Below, one piece after another: positions 27,248 through 36,999 of a stretch of 53,039 nucleotides of DNA. The DNA comes from Syntrophaceae bacterium UBA2208. Its GTDB lineage: Bacteria; Desulfobacterota; BSN033; UBA1163. The stretch covers positions 21,584 to 74,622 of the forward strand of contig DCUS01000247.1 of assembly GCA_002327885.1 (NCBI GenBank), given 5' to 3'. Position numbers and translations under genes: made by a program. Each line of letters begins with the position of its first letter. Within the stretch, counting starts at the first letter, position 1. Under the pieces are notes generated by a model that searched no databases, was not told where the DNA came from, and saw only the letters and a program-made list of their open reading frames with translations.

Positions 27248-29470
27248 ATGAAAACTATGTCCATAGAGAAAGAAGAGAGACGTGAGAAAGTGCAAGTAAT
27301 TTCTACTGGGGGTTGCTATGACTGTGGAGGCAGATGTGTGCTTAAAGCTCACGTAAAAAATGGTAGAATTATTAGAGTAACCACTGATGATGGGGAAGAG
27401 GAGCCTCAAATTAGAGCCTGTGTCCGTGGGCGGGCTTTACGTAAGCTAATCTACGACCCCAAGCGACTGAAATATCCTATGAAAAGGGTGGGGACCAGAG
27501 GAGACGGAAGGTTTGAGCGTATTTCTTGGGATCAAGCCCTGGATAATGTGGCTGATAAGCTGACCGAATGTAGGGACCAATATGGTCTGTCTTCTATCCT
27601 ACTTCATTCTATGTCAGGCTGTATTGGTGCATTGCACAGTGATGCCGCTGTTATTAGACTAATGCATATGTTCGGAGGTTGTACCAGAACGTGGGGTGGG
27701 CCATCTGCAGAAGGCAATACGTATGCAGTCCGCTCCGTATATGGCACCCTGAGCACTGGCCACACCCGAGACGATCTCCTTAATTCCAAGTTGATCATAA
27801 TGTGGGGATGGAATCCAGTCCGATGTATTTGGAGCACGAATACCGCATACTATTTATTTCTCGCCAAGGAAGCGGGCGCAAAAATTATTGTCATTGACCC
27901 GCGATTTACTGTATCTGCCGGCACTCTGGCTGACCAGTGGATACCAATAAGGCCTGGTACAGATACTGCAATGCTTATCGCAATGGCTTATGTCATGATC
28001 AAGGAAAATATTTATAGTCAAGGATTTTTAGATACTTATACAATTGGCTTCGGCCGGTTTAAGGATTATGTTCTTGGATTGGAAGATGGGGTTGCGAAAA
28101 CACCAGATTGGGCTGAGCGCATTACTGGTGTAAAAGCGTGTGAGATTAAGAATCTGGCTATAGAATATGCTACGCATAAACCAGCAGCACTCATTGCGGG
28201 GTTTGCACCAGGTCGTACTGCATACGGTGAGCAATACCATCGTGCGGCGTCCACATTAGCGGCCATGTCGGGTAATGTTGGCATTCACGGTGGTGGAGCA
28301 GCGGGTTTTGAACGTGGCCCGGTAGGTATAATGATGGGGAAACGGATACCCATAGGTACTAATCCGTTGGAGAAAGAAGCTCCGTCGCTTACGGGCAGCT
28401 TGGACACACAGACGAGAAATCGCTTCAGAGTCCACTCCGCCAGTATGTGGGATGCAATTCTTAATGGTAGTAGAGGTGGGTACCCAAGTGACATCAGAAT
28501 GCTGTATGTGGTTGCCGCCAATCCACTAAATCAGTTGGCAAATATAAACAAAGGTATTGAGGCATTAAAGAAGTTGGATTTTATTATTGTTCACGAACAG
28601 TTCATGACTGCAACAGCCAGATTTGCTGATATTTTGCTTCCGGTAAGTACAATCTGGGAAAGGGACGATATTTGCAGACCCTGGTTATCGGGACCTTACT
28701 ACCTTTATCTTAATAAAGTCATTGAGCCCTTATATGAATCGAAGTCTGATTATGAAATATGTCTTGAGTTAGCTCCTCGTTTAGGGATAGAAAATTTTGA
28801 TGAAGGCAGAACAGTTGATGAATGGCTAAAGGAAATCGTACGAATATCACCAGACATGTCAAAAGATATCCCTGATTATGATGCGTTCAAGAACAAAGGT
28901 ATACAGAGGATCCAGTTACCGGGCCCCACCTTTTGTCTCAAGGAGCAGTTTGAAGATCCTGAGCATAATCCCTTTCCTACGGATTCAGGCAAAATTGAGA
29001 TTTTTTCTCGGAGATTGGCTGATTTTAACAATCCAGATTGCCCGCCAATTCCTAAATACATAGAAGGTTGGGAGGGTTCCATTGATCCACTTGCGAAGAA
29101 ATATCCACTGCAACTCGTTACACAGCATTTGAAAACTCGAGCTCACTCTTGCTTCGATAACATCCCGTGGCTTAAGGAAATTGAGGAACAAAGGGTGTGG
29201 ATCAACATTAAAGATGCAGGTTCCCGATCTGTCAAAGACGGGGACAAATTAAGGGTCTTTAACGACCGTGGCCAGATGATTATAAGAGCTAAGGTTACGG
29301 AGAGAATTATGCCTGGGATAATAGGTATTCCGGAGGGCGCTTGGTATAATCCGGATCCAAATGGCGTTGATAGGGGCGGATGCCCCAATATTCTAGAGAA
29401 TGACGTGCATTCACCGGGTGGTGCATATCCTTTTAATACGTGTTTAGTTGAGATTGAGAAAGCGAAGTGA
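27248..29470 (+). CDS. molybdopterin oxidoreductase catalytic subunit (DMSO reductase family, DmsA-like), cytoplasmic
   Basis: 740 aa. N-terminal FS0 motif CYDCGGRC-x27-C. DmsA-like blocks such as ...IVIDPRFT...WIPIRPGTD... and C-terminal ...GIIGIPEGAW.... There is no twin-arginine signal or hydrophobic leader and no in-frame TGA. Confidence 0.88.
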   Translation: MKTMSIEKEERREKVQVISTGGCYDCGGRCVLKAHVKNGRIIRVTTDDGEEEPQIRACVRGRALRKLIYDPKRLKYPMKRVGTRGDGRFERISWDQALDNVADKLTECRDQYGLSSILLHSMSGCIGALHSDAAVIRLMHMFGGCTRTWGGPSAEGNTYAVRSVYGTLSTGHTRDDLLNSKLIIMWGWNPVRCIWSTNTAYYLFLAKEAGAKIIVIDPRFTVSAGTLADQWIPIRPGTDTAMLIAMAYVMIKENIYSQGFLDTYTIGFGRFKDYVLGLEDGVAKTPDWAERITGVKACEIKNLAIEYATHKPAALIAGFAPGRTAYGEQYHRAASTLAAMSGNVGIHGGGAAGFERGPVGIMMGKRIPIGTNPLEKEAPSLTGSLDTQTRNRFRVHSASMWDAILNGSRGGYPSDIRMLYVVAANPLNQLANINKGIEALKKLDFIIVHEQFMTATARFADILLPVSTIWERDDICRPWLSGPYYLYLNKVIEPLYESKSDYEICLELAPRLGIENFDEGRTVDEWLKEIVRISPDMSKDIPDYDAFKNKGIQRIQLPGPTFCLKEQFEDPEHNPFPTDSGKIEIFSRRLADFNNPDCPPIPKYIEGWEGSIDPLAKKYPLQLVTQHLKTRAHSCFDNIPWLKEIEEQRVWINIKDAGSRSVKDGDKLRVFNDRGQMIIRAKVTERIMPGIIGIPEGAWYNPDPNGVDRGGCPNILENDVHSPGGAYPFNTCLVEIEKAK

Positions 29471-29474
29471 AGCT

Positions 29475-30041
29475 ATGCGGAAAGGATTTTACTTTGATCA
29501 AACCCGATGCACAGGATGCCATACTTGTTTAATTGCCTGCAAAGATTGGCACGAAGAAGATTTGAAAACGGAACCGGCGGATTGGATAAAGGTCATCTCC
29601 GTTGAAAAGGGTAAATACCCTGATCTTTCTTTAAGCTATCTTGCACATGCCTGTTTGCACTGTGCGAAACCTGCCTGTGTGATGGCGTGTCCGGTAGATG
29701 CGTATACGAAAAGGGAAGAGGACGGAATAGTAGTGGTGGATACTAAACTTTGTGTAGGAGCCGATATGTGTGGAAGAGCCTGTCAAGAGGCATGTCCGTA
29801 TGATGTCCCTAATTTCGGTACCGAAGAAAATCCGAAAGTCCAAAAATGTGATTTATGCCTTGACAGATGGGCTGAAGGCAAGAAGCCAGTATGTGTTGAG
29901 AGTTGCCCAACGAGGGCTATAGATGCTGGGTTTATGGATGAGCTGAAAGAAAAGTACGGTAAGATTACTGAAGCTGAGGGTTTTATGTATCATGAAACTG
30001 TTTCACCTTCTATAATATTTAAACCAAAAACTGCTAAATGA
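29475..30041 (+). CDS. 4x[4Fe-4S] electron-transfer subunit (DmsB-like)
   Basis: ATG 29475 lies 4 nt after the alpha-subunit stop. Four Cys groups: CTGCHTCLIAC, CLHCAKPACVMACP, CVGADMCGRACQEACP and CDLC-x11-CVESCP. Confidence 0.88.
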   Translation: MRKGFYFDQTRCTGCHTCLIACKDWHEEDLKTEPADWIKVISVEKGKYPDLSLSYLAHACLHCAKPACVMACPVDAYTKREEDGIVVVDTKLCVGADMCGRACQEACPYDVPNFGTEENPKVQKCDLCLDRWAEGKKPVCVESCPTRAIDAGFMDELKEKYGKITEAEGFMYHETVSPSIIFKPKTAK

Positions 30042-30382
30042 TGAGACTGGAGGTAAATAAAGGCGAGCCGATCTAAGGGGGATTAGCGGTTAGGCTCATT
30101 AGATAGAGAGGAAATAAGGTTGAAATAGGAAACGGGTTCTTGATTATTTGTAAAAAACCTTTAGCAAAATTATTTGACTTTTTTTGACGTGGTAACATTG
30201 CTACCAAGAAGTCAGCCAGGTCTCTTAAAGGAGGTGATGATCATTGAAGTTTAAGGGGGAATGCTAGATCTTTAAGGTGAAATGCTCTGTTCAAAACTCG
30301 TGTGTGGTTGAAAAATTCGTTTATTTTTTAAAATGTGACAACGTCAAGTTAAAATACAAAGAAAAGGGGGAGGGGAAAGAAC

Positions 30383-31498
30383 ATGAGAAAAAAAATGCGT
30401 TTCTTAATGTTTGTTGCAACAGGAGCCATAACATTATTATTGGTCTCTGGGAACTTCAATGCACAAGCCCTTGAATGCACTCCTGGGAAACCATGCAATT
30501 TGGTGTTTTCAACCTTTTACAAAGAGGACTTCGCGGCAGTGAAAGTAGCAACTTGGTTGATGGATGAAATTACTCGAAGGAGTAAAGGGGGAGTTGTGTT
30601 CAAGAAGTATTATTCAGGAAGCCTCTTAGGGGCACTTGATACTATGTCTGGCTGCGGAAAGGGCATGGCTGACCTCGTAATTGATTCACCTCTATACAGT
30701 CCTGACAGGGTTCCGATGTTTATTATAGAGACCGTCTGTTTCCTGACAGAAGATCCATGGGTACATGGTAAAGCATTAAATGAGCTGGTAGCCACAGAGG
30801 ACATTCTAAAGAAGGAGTGGAAGGATCAAAATGTGCATTATTTCTATTCTAACTCAGTAACGCCATGCCAACTGGCAATGCGCAAAAAAATCACAAAAAT
30901 GGAAGAGTTAAAGGGTTTAAAAATTAGAGCTATTGGACCTCAAGCAGGAGCATTTCAAGCAATGGGGGCTATACCAGTAGGGATACCATTTCCAGAAGTT
31001 TATGATGCACTCTCAAAAAGGACCATTGATGGTGTGGATACTTTTCCCTTTGATATTGGAGTTATATATAAACTACATGAGGTAGCTCCGTACTGGGTAA
31101 AGAATCCAATAGGCTGCTTTGGCGTTCAAACATTATTAATGAATTTAAAGACTTATAATAGTCTTCCAAGCGATATTCGGAAGTTATTTGATGAAGTAGC
31201 CGAAGAGGCCTCGGATAAATATATAGAAGAGGCAATGGCAAATGATAGAAGATATATGGATATATTCATTAAAGATAAAGGGAATATAGTTGAATTGACA
31301 CCTGAAGAGTCACAGAGGTGGATAAATGTTGGAAAAGAACCGGCTGCGAAGTGGTGGCTTGATCTGGTTGCAAAAAAAGGCTTCGATGGGAAACCAACTC
31401 TTAAACATCTGCAGGAGTTGATAGAAAAGTGGAAAAAGACAGGGAAATCGAAATATTCCAGTGTCTTTGAATATTCTCGTACGAAATATGGCCAATAA
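30383..31498 (+). CDS. dctP: TRAP transporter substrate-binding protein (DctP family), system 2
   Basis: 371 aa with a signal peptide (...SGNFNAQA) and GGGGGAGGGG RBS. Paralogue of the gene at 20207. Its permease genes lie 3.6 kb downstream. Confidence 0.85.
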   Translation: MRKKMRFLMFVATGAITLLLVSGNFNAQALECTPGKPCNLVFSTFYKEDFAAVKVATWLMDEITRRSKGGVVFKKYYSGSLLGALDTMSGCGKGMADLVIDSPLYSPDRVPMFIIETVCFLTEDPWVHGKALNELVATEDILKKEWKDQNVHYFYSNSVTPCQLAMRKKITKMEELKGLKIRAIGPQAGAFQAMGAIPVGIPFPEVYDALSKRTIDGVDTFPFDIGVIYKLHEVAPYWVKNPIGCFGVQTLLMNLKTYNSLPSDIRKLFDEVAEEASDKYIEEAMANDRRYMDIFIKDKGNIVELTPEESQRWINVGKEPAAKWWLDLVAKKGFDGKPTLKHLQELIEKWKKTGKSKYSSVFEYSRTKYGQ

Positions 31499-31787
31499 AT
31501 TCAAAAATTATACATCACTATTCTCCCGTAGTTAATTTAGTTTTGTATGGCGGTAAGTAATACACCCATAGAATAGTATTTTTTTAAATTTAAAGAAAGT
31601 GAATTTATGGCAAGGGTTTATCTCATCCACAGACGAAAGAAGTCTAAAACTCCCCTCCCCTTCTGATAGGGGAGGGGATAAGATGCTCCCTTTGCCTACG
31701 TCCTTTTTTAACTACGATTGCATTGCAATTTTGGAAGCTTACATCTTTAGATGATCAAGTTTTCCATAATTTATTGATCTTGAGGGG

Positions 31788-32810
31788 TTGGTCGTGAATC
31801 GTCTTTGTGATCTTCTAAATATCCAATATCCCATAATCCAGGCACCGATGAACTGGGTAAGTGGTCCCAATTTGGTTGCAGCTGTATCTAATGCTGGAGG
31901 CCTTGGTGTTCTGGGTCCAAATGCTGGCGCGAGGAGGCTTACGCCTGAAGTGGAACTTGTTGGTGAGAGACTCCGCGCCCAGATAAAAAAAGTGAAGAGT
32001 CTCAGCAAAAAACCTTTCGGAGTTAACATAGCAATTGGGAAGGGAGAAGACCGCAAGTATTCACAAAAGCATGTTGAGATAGCTATTGAGGAAAATGTTC
32101 AAGTAGCAATCGTTTCAGTGGGTAGCCCGGATGTATATACGAAAGAGTTAAAGGAAGCAGGGATAAAGGTTCTTCACGCCATTTCTACTGTCGCCCATGC
32201 CCAGAAGGCAGAGGAAACAGGTGTAGACGGAGTAATCTGTGAGGGATTTGAAGCTGGTGGCCATAAGGGATTCACTGAGTTAACAACTTTTGTCATCACC
32301 CCAATGGTAGCAAATGCTGTAAAATTACCCGTTGTTGCCGGCGGAGGAGTTTGCAATGCTCGTGGAGTATTGGCCGCGTTGGCACTAGGTGCCGATGGCG
32401 TATATATTGGTACTCGTTTTATGCTAACTCATGAATCTGACTCACATCCGTTGGTTAAAGAGATTGTGCTTAATTTGGATGATGTCTGCACAATTAGTGT
32501 TCCCAAAGACATAATGCTTGCGAGGGATTTGAAGAATATGTTTACCAAAAAATATCTAGAAATGAAGGCGGCAGGTGCCTCCCCACAAGACCTTAAAGAA
32601 TTTAATGACATGCATTCTCAATATCACGCCCAGTTTATGGGAGATTTTGAAGGATCTGAAATATGTTGTGGTCAAAATGCTGGTTTGATAAATAGTTTAT
32701 TAACCGCAGGTGAGGTAATCAAAAGTATAGCAGATGGGATTGGTTCTGTCGACGGCGAACTTCGAAGTAAACTCGCCGTATTTTCACAAGAGAGTGCCCA
32801 CTCCATATGA
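31788..32810 (+). CDS. nitronate monooxygenase / FabK-like FMN enoyl reductase family protein
   Basis: N-terminus ...LLNIQYPIIQAPMNWVSGPNLVAAVSNAGGLGVLG, then ...CEGFEAGGH..., then ...VAGGGV...GADGVYIGTRF. The start (TTG 31788 or GTG 31794) is uncertain. Confidence 0.85.
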   Translation: MVVNRLCDLLNIQYPIIQAPMNWVSGPNLVAAVSNAGGLGVLGPNAGARRLTPEVELVGERLRAQIKKVKSLSKKPFGVNIAIGKGEDRKYSQKHVEIAIEENVQVAIVSVGSPDVYTKELKEAGIKVLHAISTVAHAQKAEETGVDGVICEGFEAGGHKGFTELTTFVITPMVANAVKLPVVAGGGVCNARGVLAALALGADGVYIGTRFMLTHESDSHPLVKEIVLNLDDVCTISVPKDIMLARDLKNMFTKKYLEMKAAGASPQDLKEFNDMHSQYHAQFMGDFEGSEICCGQNAGLINSLLTAGEVIKSIADGIGSVDGELRSKLAVFSQESAHSI

Positions 32811-32992
32811 ACGAATATAGTTTTTCAGCCCCTCTTTTTAAGAGCAAATCAACTTCCTGTGAGTTTGATAAGTCGTCCAGTAAAAACCCTTTATATTGTA
32901 AAGTTACATTGATTTTCAGTGGTCTCATAACCTCCTTAATGACTTAGCTTCGATGTAAATTTTGGGGTTTAAAGGGTACTCAAGGTATTAAC

Positions 32993-33472
32993 ATGACAGG
33001 GATAAATGGAAGCCATGATTCAATAAACCAGGGCAGGCTCCACTTAGTCAGACTTGCAGCCGAAAAGCGCCTGAAACCAGTTGTCTTGGAAATAGAGAGA
33101 CGAATGATTAAGCGTTTTGCAGAGGCGGTTGGGGACCCGAATCAACTTAGGCATAGTGAAAGTAATAGAGTCAAACTTGGACGTAGCAACATCATGCCAC
33201 CTCTCATGTTTTGCACTCCTATGATGTTAGGGATGCCTGTTGACCCAGAATTTTCCGGTCATTTTGAACGGGGGCTGTTTGGTAGTTGGTCTATTAGGCT
33301 CTTTCAGGATGTCCACATAGGAGATGTAATTACAAGTTCTACCAGGGTGACTAATGTCAAGGAACGGAAAGGGGAACTGGGAATGATGGTACTCATTGAT
33401 TATGCAACAGAACATCGGAAAGAAAGCGGTCAACTGGTTGCCTTCAGTGAAGGGACCATCATACACTACTAA
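32993..33472 (+). CDS. hotdog-fold (MaoC N-terminal-like) dehydratase subunit
   Basis: 159 aa. Degenerate hydratase-2-like segment ...FAEAVGDPNQLRH.... It is immediately followed by a second hotdog gene. Confidence 0.7.
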   Translation: MTGINGSHDSINQGRLHLVRLAAEKRLKPVVLEIERRMIKRFAEAVGDPNQLRHSESNRVKLGRSNIMPPLMFCTPMMLGMPVDPEFSGHFERGLFGSWSIRLFQDVHIGDVITSSTRVTNVKERKGELGMMVLIDYATEHRKESGQLVAFSEGTIIHY

Positions 33473-33494
33473 GTTTTGAGTAAAAGATTTCAAG

Positions 33495-33938
33495 ATGAGT
33501 TCAGAGCTTTATTTCGAGGACGTTAATGAAGGACAGGAGTTACCTTTATTAAGGAAGCAACCAGACGCCAGACAGTTGGTAATGTGGGCGGGAGCTAGTG
33601 AGGACTTTAACCTGGTCCATTTCGACAGAGATTATGCATTAAAAATAGGGTTGCAGGATGTGATCGTTCACGGTCCCCTTAGAATCGCTTTCCTTGGTCA
33701 GCTGATAACTAATTGGATTGGGGACAATGGTCGAATTGAGTTCTTTTGTAGTCGTATGCTGGAAATCGTTGCAGTGAATACGCCGCTTGTCTGCAAAGGG
33801 AAGGTTGTGAAAAAGTACCGGAAGGGAAATAAAAACTTAATAGAATGCGAACTCTGGATCCAAGACCAACTGGGTAAAATAAACACTGCAGGTAAGGCTA
33901 TTGTAAGTCTCCCTTTAAAATCCGGCAATATGCTTTGA
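33495..33938 (+). CDS. MaoC-like (R)-specific enoyl-CoA hydratase subunit
   Basis: 147 aa. Hydratase-2-type segment ...ASEDFNLVHFD... with Asp and His in place. Confidence 0.75.
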   Translation: MSSELYFEDVNEGQELPLLRKQPDARQLVMWAGASEDFNLVHFDRDYALKIGLQDVIVHGPLRIAFLGQLITNWIGDNGRIEFFCSRMLEIVAVNTPLVCKGKVVKKYRKGNKNLIECELWIQDQLGKINTAGKAIVSLPLKSGNML

Positions 33939-34109
33939 ATTATATTGGTTCCCCCAAAGGATTGTGACAATGGAGTTTTACCAAGATAGCAAGAAACCAT
34001 TACAAAGCAGAGAATATGAAAATTAACAAAATAAATTGTATCAAAAGCTGTGACCGAAGGCTTTTGAGAGAGGATTCTAAGAGTTCTATAAGAGACTGGA
34101 GTTTCGAAT

Positions 34110-34889
34110 GTGGTTGACCTGAAACAAATTGATGAAGCCCTTAATAAATATACCCGTCCACAGACCTTCCCTTTAGCAATTAGGATGTGTGAGCGTGGAG
34201 AGAATTTACCTGACAAGGTCAAAATTCCAAAAAGTGGTATAGGAATTTTAATTACTGTCTGTCAGGGATTTGCTATGGCACGACGCTATGGATGGACAAT
34301 AGCTATTGGCAAAGAAGACCAGGTATATCCCCACGGTCATGTGGTCTTGGGCTTCGTCCCCAATAAGGGTTATCTTGATGGGAGTATTGCAGAGAAAGCG
34401 GGTGTAAGTACAAAAGACAGATTTGCAAGGATTGCCCAAGCATTGAGTTTATTAGAATATGGCAAGTATATTTATCTTCTTGTGGCTCCGATCCAGAATA
34501 CGAGGTTTGAACCTCATTTAATCCTTTTTTATGGCAATCCAGCCCAGATAGCCAGATTGGTGCAAGGAGCTACAACCTTATCCGGTAACGCCCTTAATTT
34601 TGTTGCTGGTGCGGGAATTGGATGTCCAGTTTACATCGTAAGTACGATACTGACTGATGAATGTCAAGTCCTCCTGTGCGGGGCTGGTGACCGGTATTTT
34701 GCTCTTACTCAAGATCATGAAGCAGCCTTCACTAACCCCATGAGCAAGGCAGAGTCAACTATTGAGGGTTTAAAGATAGGTCACAAAGAGATGGGTCATC
34801 GGTACCCCACACCTTCATTTCTCAGGTTTGAGGGGCAACTTCCAACTCAATATTACAAGTTTACTGGACTCCTTTTAAAAGAGAAATAG
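34110..34889 (+). CDS. DUF169-family protein (copy 2)
   Basis: 259 aa with a GTG start. Collinear with copy 1: ...VCQGFAMARRYGW..., ...LILFYGNPAQ... versus ...VILIYGNTAQ..., and ...GAGIGC.... Confidence 0.6.
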   Translation: MVDLKQIDEALNKYTRPQTFPLAIRMCERGENLPDKVKIPKSGIGILITVCQGFAMARRYGWTIAIGKEDQVYPHGHVVLGFVPNKGYLDGSIAEKAGVSTKDRFARIAQALSLLEYGKYIYLLVAPIQNTRFEPHLILFYGNPAQIARLVQGATTLSGNALNFVAGAGIGCPVYIVSTILTDECQVLLCGAGDRYFALTQDHEAAFTNPMSKAESTIEGLKIGHKEMGHRYPTPSFLRFEGQLPTQYYKFTGLLLKEK

Positions 34890-35111
34890 GGCAGAAAAAA
34901 CAAAATACAACACCTTAATTCTTCTATGTTTATAGTAGTAGGTTACGTCCTAAACTTGGGGGAGATAAAGTAAAAGTAATAACCTTAGATAGAGAGGTAA
35001 AGAAATGTATCTCTAAGGGATGATTTATTTGCCTCTGAGTTAATTCTATTTAAGAAAAATTATTCTTCAACCCATAAGAGCATGGGATCTGTCAATTAAA
35101 GGGTAAAATAC

Positions 35112-35633
35112 ATGGCACGGTTAAAAAGAATATTTGAGTTCATCAGAGACTACAGCGGGGTAGTTGCTGGTTTATGTGGTATAGGGATGACAATAAGCAT
35201 TGTCATCGATGTTATAGGGCGGAATATAAATATGCCTATCTATTGGGTCACGGACATAAGTTTAATTTTGATTGTATGGCTCACGTTTTTAGCCATGGGT
35301 TCAACCCAAGCTGTCCGCGGTCATATCCGGGCGGATTTTTTTATAACAAGATTCTCTCCGAGAGGAAGAGCGTGGTTTGAAGCCATATCTTGGTTTTTTT
35401 CGTTCCTATTCTGTTTAATACTTTTTATAGCAGGAGTAGTGTCTGCCGTTGAGTCAGTGAAAATGTGGGAGGGTTCCATAGGAATAGTTCATTTTCCCAT
35501 TTGGCCGGCGAGAATTATTCTTGCATTTGGTATGCTCATTATCTGTATGCAATTCATTATCGATATTATTCAGGAATTGAAAAGAATTATTTTGTCCCAA
35601 AAAATCTTATCCCAAAAGGCAGGTCAAGAGTAA
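35112..35633 (+). CDS. dctQ: TRAP transporter small permease (DctQ family), system 2
   Basis: 173 aa with four helices, directly upstream of dctM. The C-terminus has a 5-aa tandem repeat, ILSQK-ILSQK. Confidence 0.85.
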   Translation: MARLKRIFEFIRDYSGVVAGLCGIGMTISIVIDVIGRNINMPIYWVTDISLILIVWLTFLAMGSTQAVRGHIRADFFITRFSPRGRAWFEAISWFFSFLFCLILFIAGVVSAVESVKMWEGSIGIVHFPIWPARIILAFGMLIICMQFIIDIIQELKRIILSQKILSQKAGQE

Positions 35634-35636
35634 GAT

Positions 35637-36938
35637 ATGGATCCTATCTATGTCGGCATCTTAACGATTGTGCTTGTTCTAATTTTAATTACCTTAGGTA
35701 TTCCGATATCATTTTCCTTAGGGTTATCAGGGTTATTGGGTATTTTAATAATGCGAGAAGGAAATATTGTATTCAAATTTATGATTAGTCTTCCCTATAG
35801 TACTATCTCAAGTTGGGCCCTTGTAATTATTCCATTATTTATGTTAATGGGTCATCTTGCTTATCATGCAGGGATTACAGATGATGCATATGAAATGGGG
35901 TATAAATGGCTTGGACGGATTCACGGGGGCTTAGCTATGGCCACAACCTTTGCATCTGCAATGTTTGCTGCCACAAGCGGTTCAAGTGTAGCTGTGGCAG
36001 CAGCAATGTCGAAAATAGCAATTCCTCAAATGCGTAAATATGGCTACAATACTGGTTTTGCCGTTGGCTGTGTTGCTGTCTCTGGAACTCTTGGCATATT
36101 AATACCCCCTAGTGGAGTTTTAGTTGTATATGGTATTCTTACCGAGCAGTCTATAGGAAAACTTCTAATAGCCGGAATGGTGCCAGGAATAATGTCTGCA
36201 ATTGTTTTTATGTTGGGGTGTTATGTATTAGCGCGCTTCTTTAAGATGGGGGGACCAAAACCCCCGCCAATAAAATGGAAGGAGAAGATTCTCGCTTTGA
36301 AGTTGGGTATTGGTGTTTTGCTCTTGTTCGGGACCGTAATGGGAGGGATTTATAGCGGAATATTTACCTCTATCGAGGCGGCAGGTTTTGGGGTTACAGT
36401 AGCTCTGGTAATGCTCCTCATACGCTCAAAAAGTCGATTAACTGGCTTCAGTGACTCAATGAAAACTACAAGTAAATCATCTTGTATGGTTCTAACTGTT
36501 TTTATAGGAGCAGCAGTTTTTTCACTGAATCTCACAATGACAGGAATCCCTCAAGAGATAGCTACCTTTCTAGTAAATTTAGATATGCCATCAAAACTTA
36601 AAATTGCTATGATTCTAATTCCTTACATACCGTTAGGTATGTTTTTGGATCCTATCTCCATGATGGTTCTAACACTTCCTCTTATATACCCAGTTGTTCA
36701 AGCCTTGGGTTTTAGCGGGATCTGGTTTGGTATTCTTGTTACGAAGATGATAGAAATTTCTTTGATTACACCACCAGTAGGTCTCAATATTTATGTAGTA
36801 AAAGCAGCACTTCCTGATGTGTCAATTGGAGAAATTTTAAAAGGTTGTGGCCCTTTTCTTTTTATGGACTTTATTAACTTAGCTATCCTCTTTGCATTTC
36901 CTGAGATCAGTCTTTTCTTGCAATTCATGATGGGTTGA
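35637..36938 (+). CDS. dctM: TRAP transporter large permease (DctM family), system 2
   Basis: 433 aa polytopic protein. Strong collinearity with the gene at 21883-23190. Confidence 0.9.
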   Translation: MDPIYVGILTIVLVLILITLGIPISFSLGLSGLLGILIMREGNIVFKFMISLPYSTISSWALVIIPLFMLMGHLAYHAGITDDAYEMGYKWLGRIHGGLAMATTFASAMFAATSGSSVAVAAAMSKIAIPQMRKYGYNTGFAVGCVAVSGTLGILIPPSGVLVVYGILTEQSIGKLLIAGMVPGIMSAIVFMLGCYVLARFFKMGGPKPPPIKWKEKILALKLGIGVLLLFGTVMGGIYSGIFTSIEAAGFGVTVALVMLLIRSKSRLTGFSDSMKTTSKSSCMVLTVFIGAAVFSLNLTMTGIPQEIATFLVNLDMPSKLKIAMILIPYIPLGMFLDPISMMVLTLPLIYPVVQALGFSGIWFGILVTKMIEISLITPPVGLNIYVVKAALPDVSIGEILKGCGPFLFMDFINLAILFAFPEISLFLQFMMG

Positions 36939-36999
36939 AGAAATCGATTGGTGTAATTTATCTTTCATGGGTTGTTGGCTCAATTTCAAAAATTGCGTG

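Noticed and set aside
27248-27310. Possible twin-arginine signal in the Mo-enzyme N-terminus (…EKEERREKV…)
   Set aside because: The RR is embedded in a charged stretch with no following hydrophobic h-region or AxA site. The FS0 Cys motif begins at residue 23, leaving no room for a signal peptide.
32719-32928. 69-aa minus-strand ORF preceded by AAGGAGG
   Set aside because: Only 2 nt separate GGAGG from the ATG, whereas well-supported genes here use 5-8 nt. It overlaps the 3' end of the FabK/NMO-like gene by 92 nt and has no recognisable domain. It remains possible but is unsupported.
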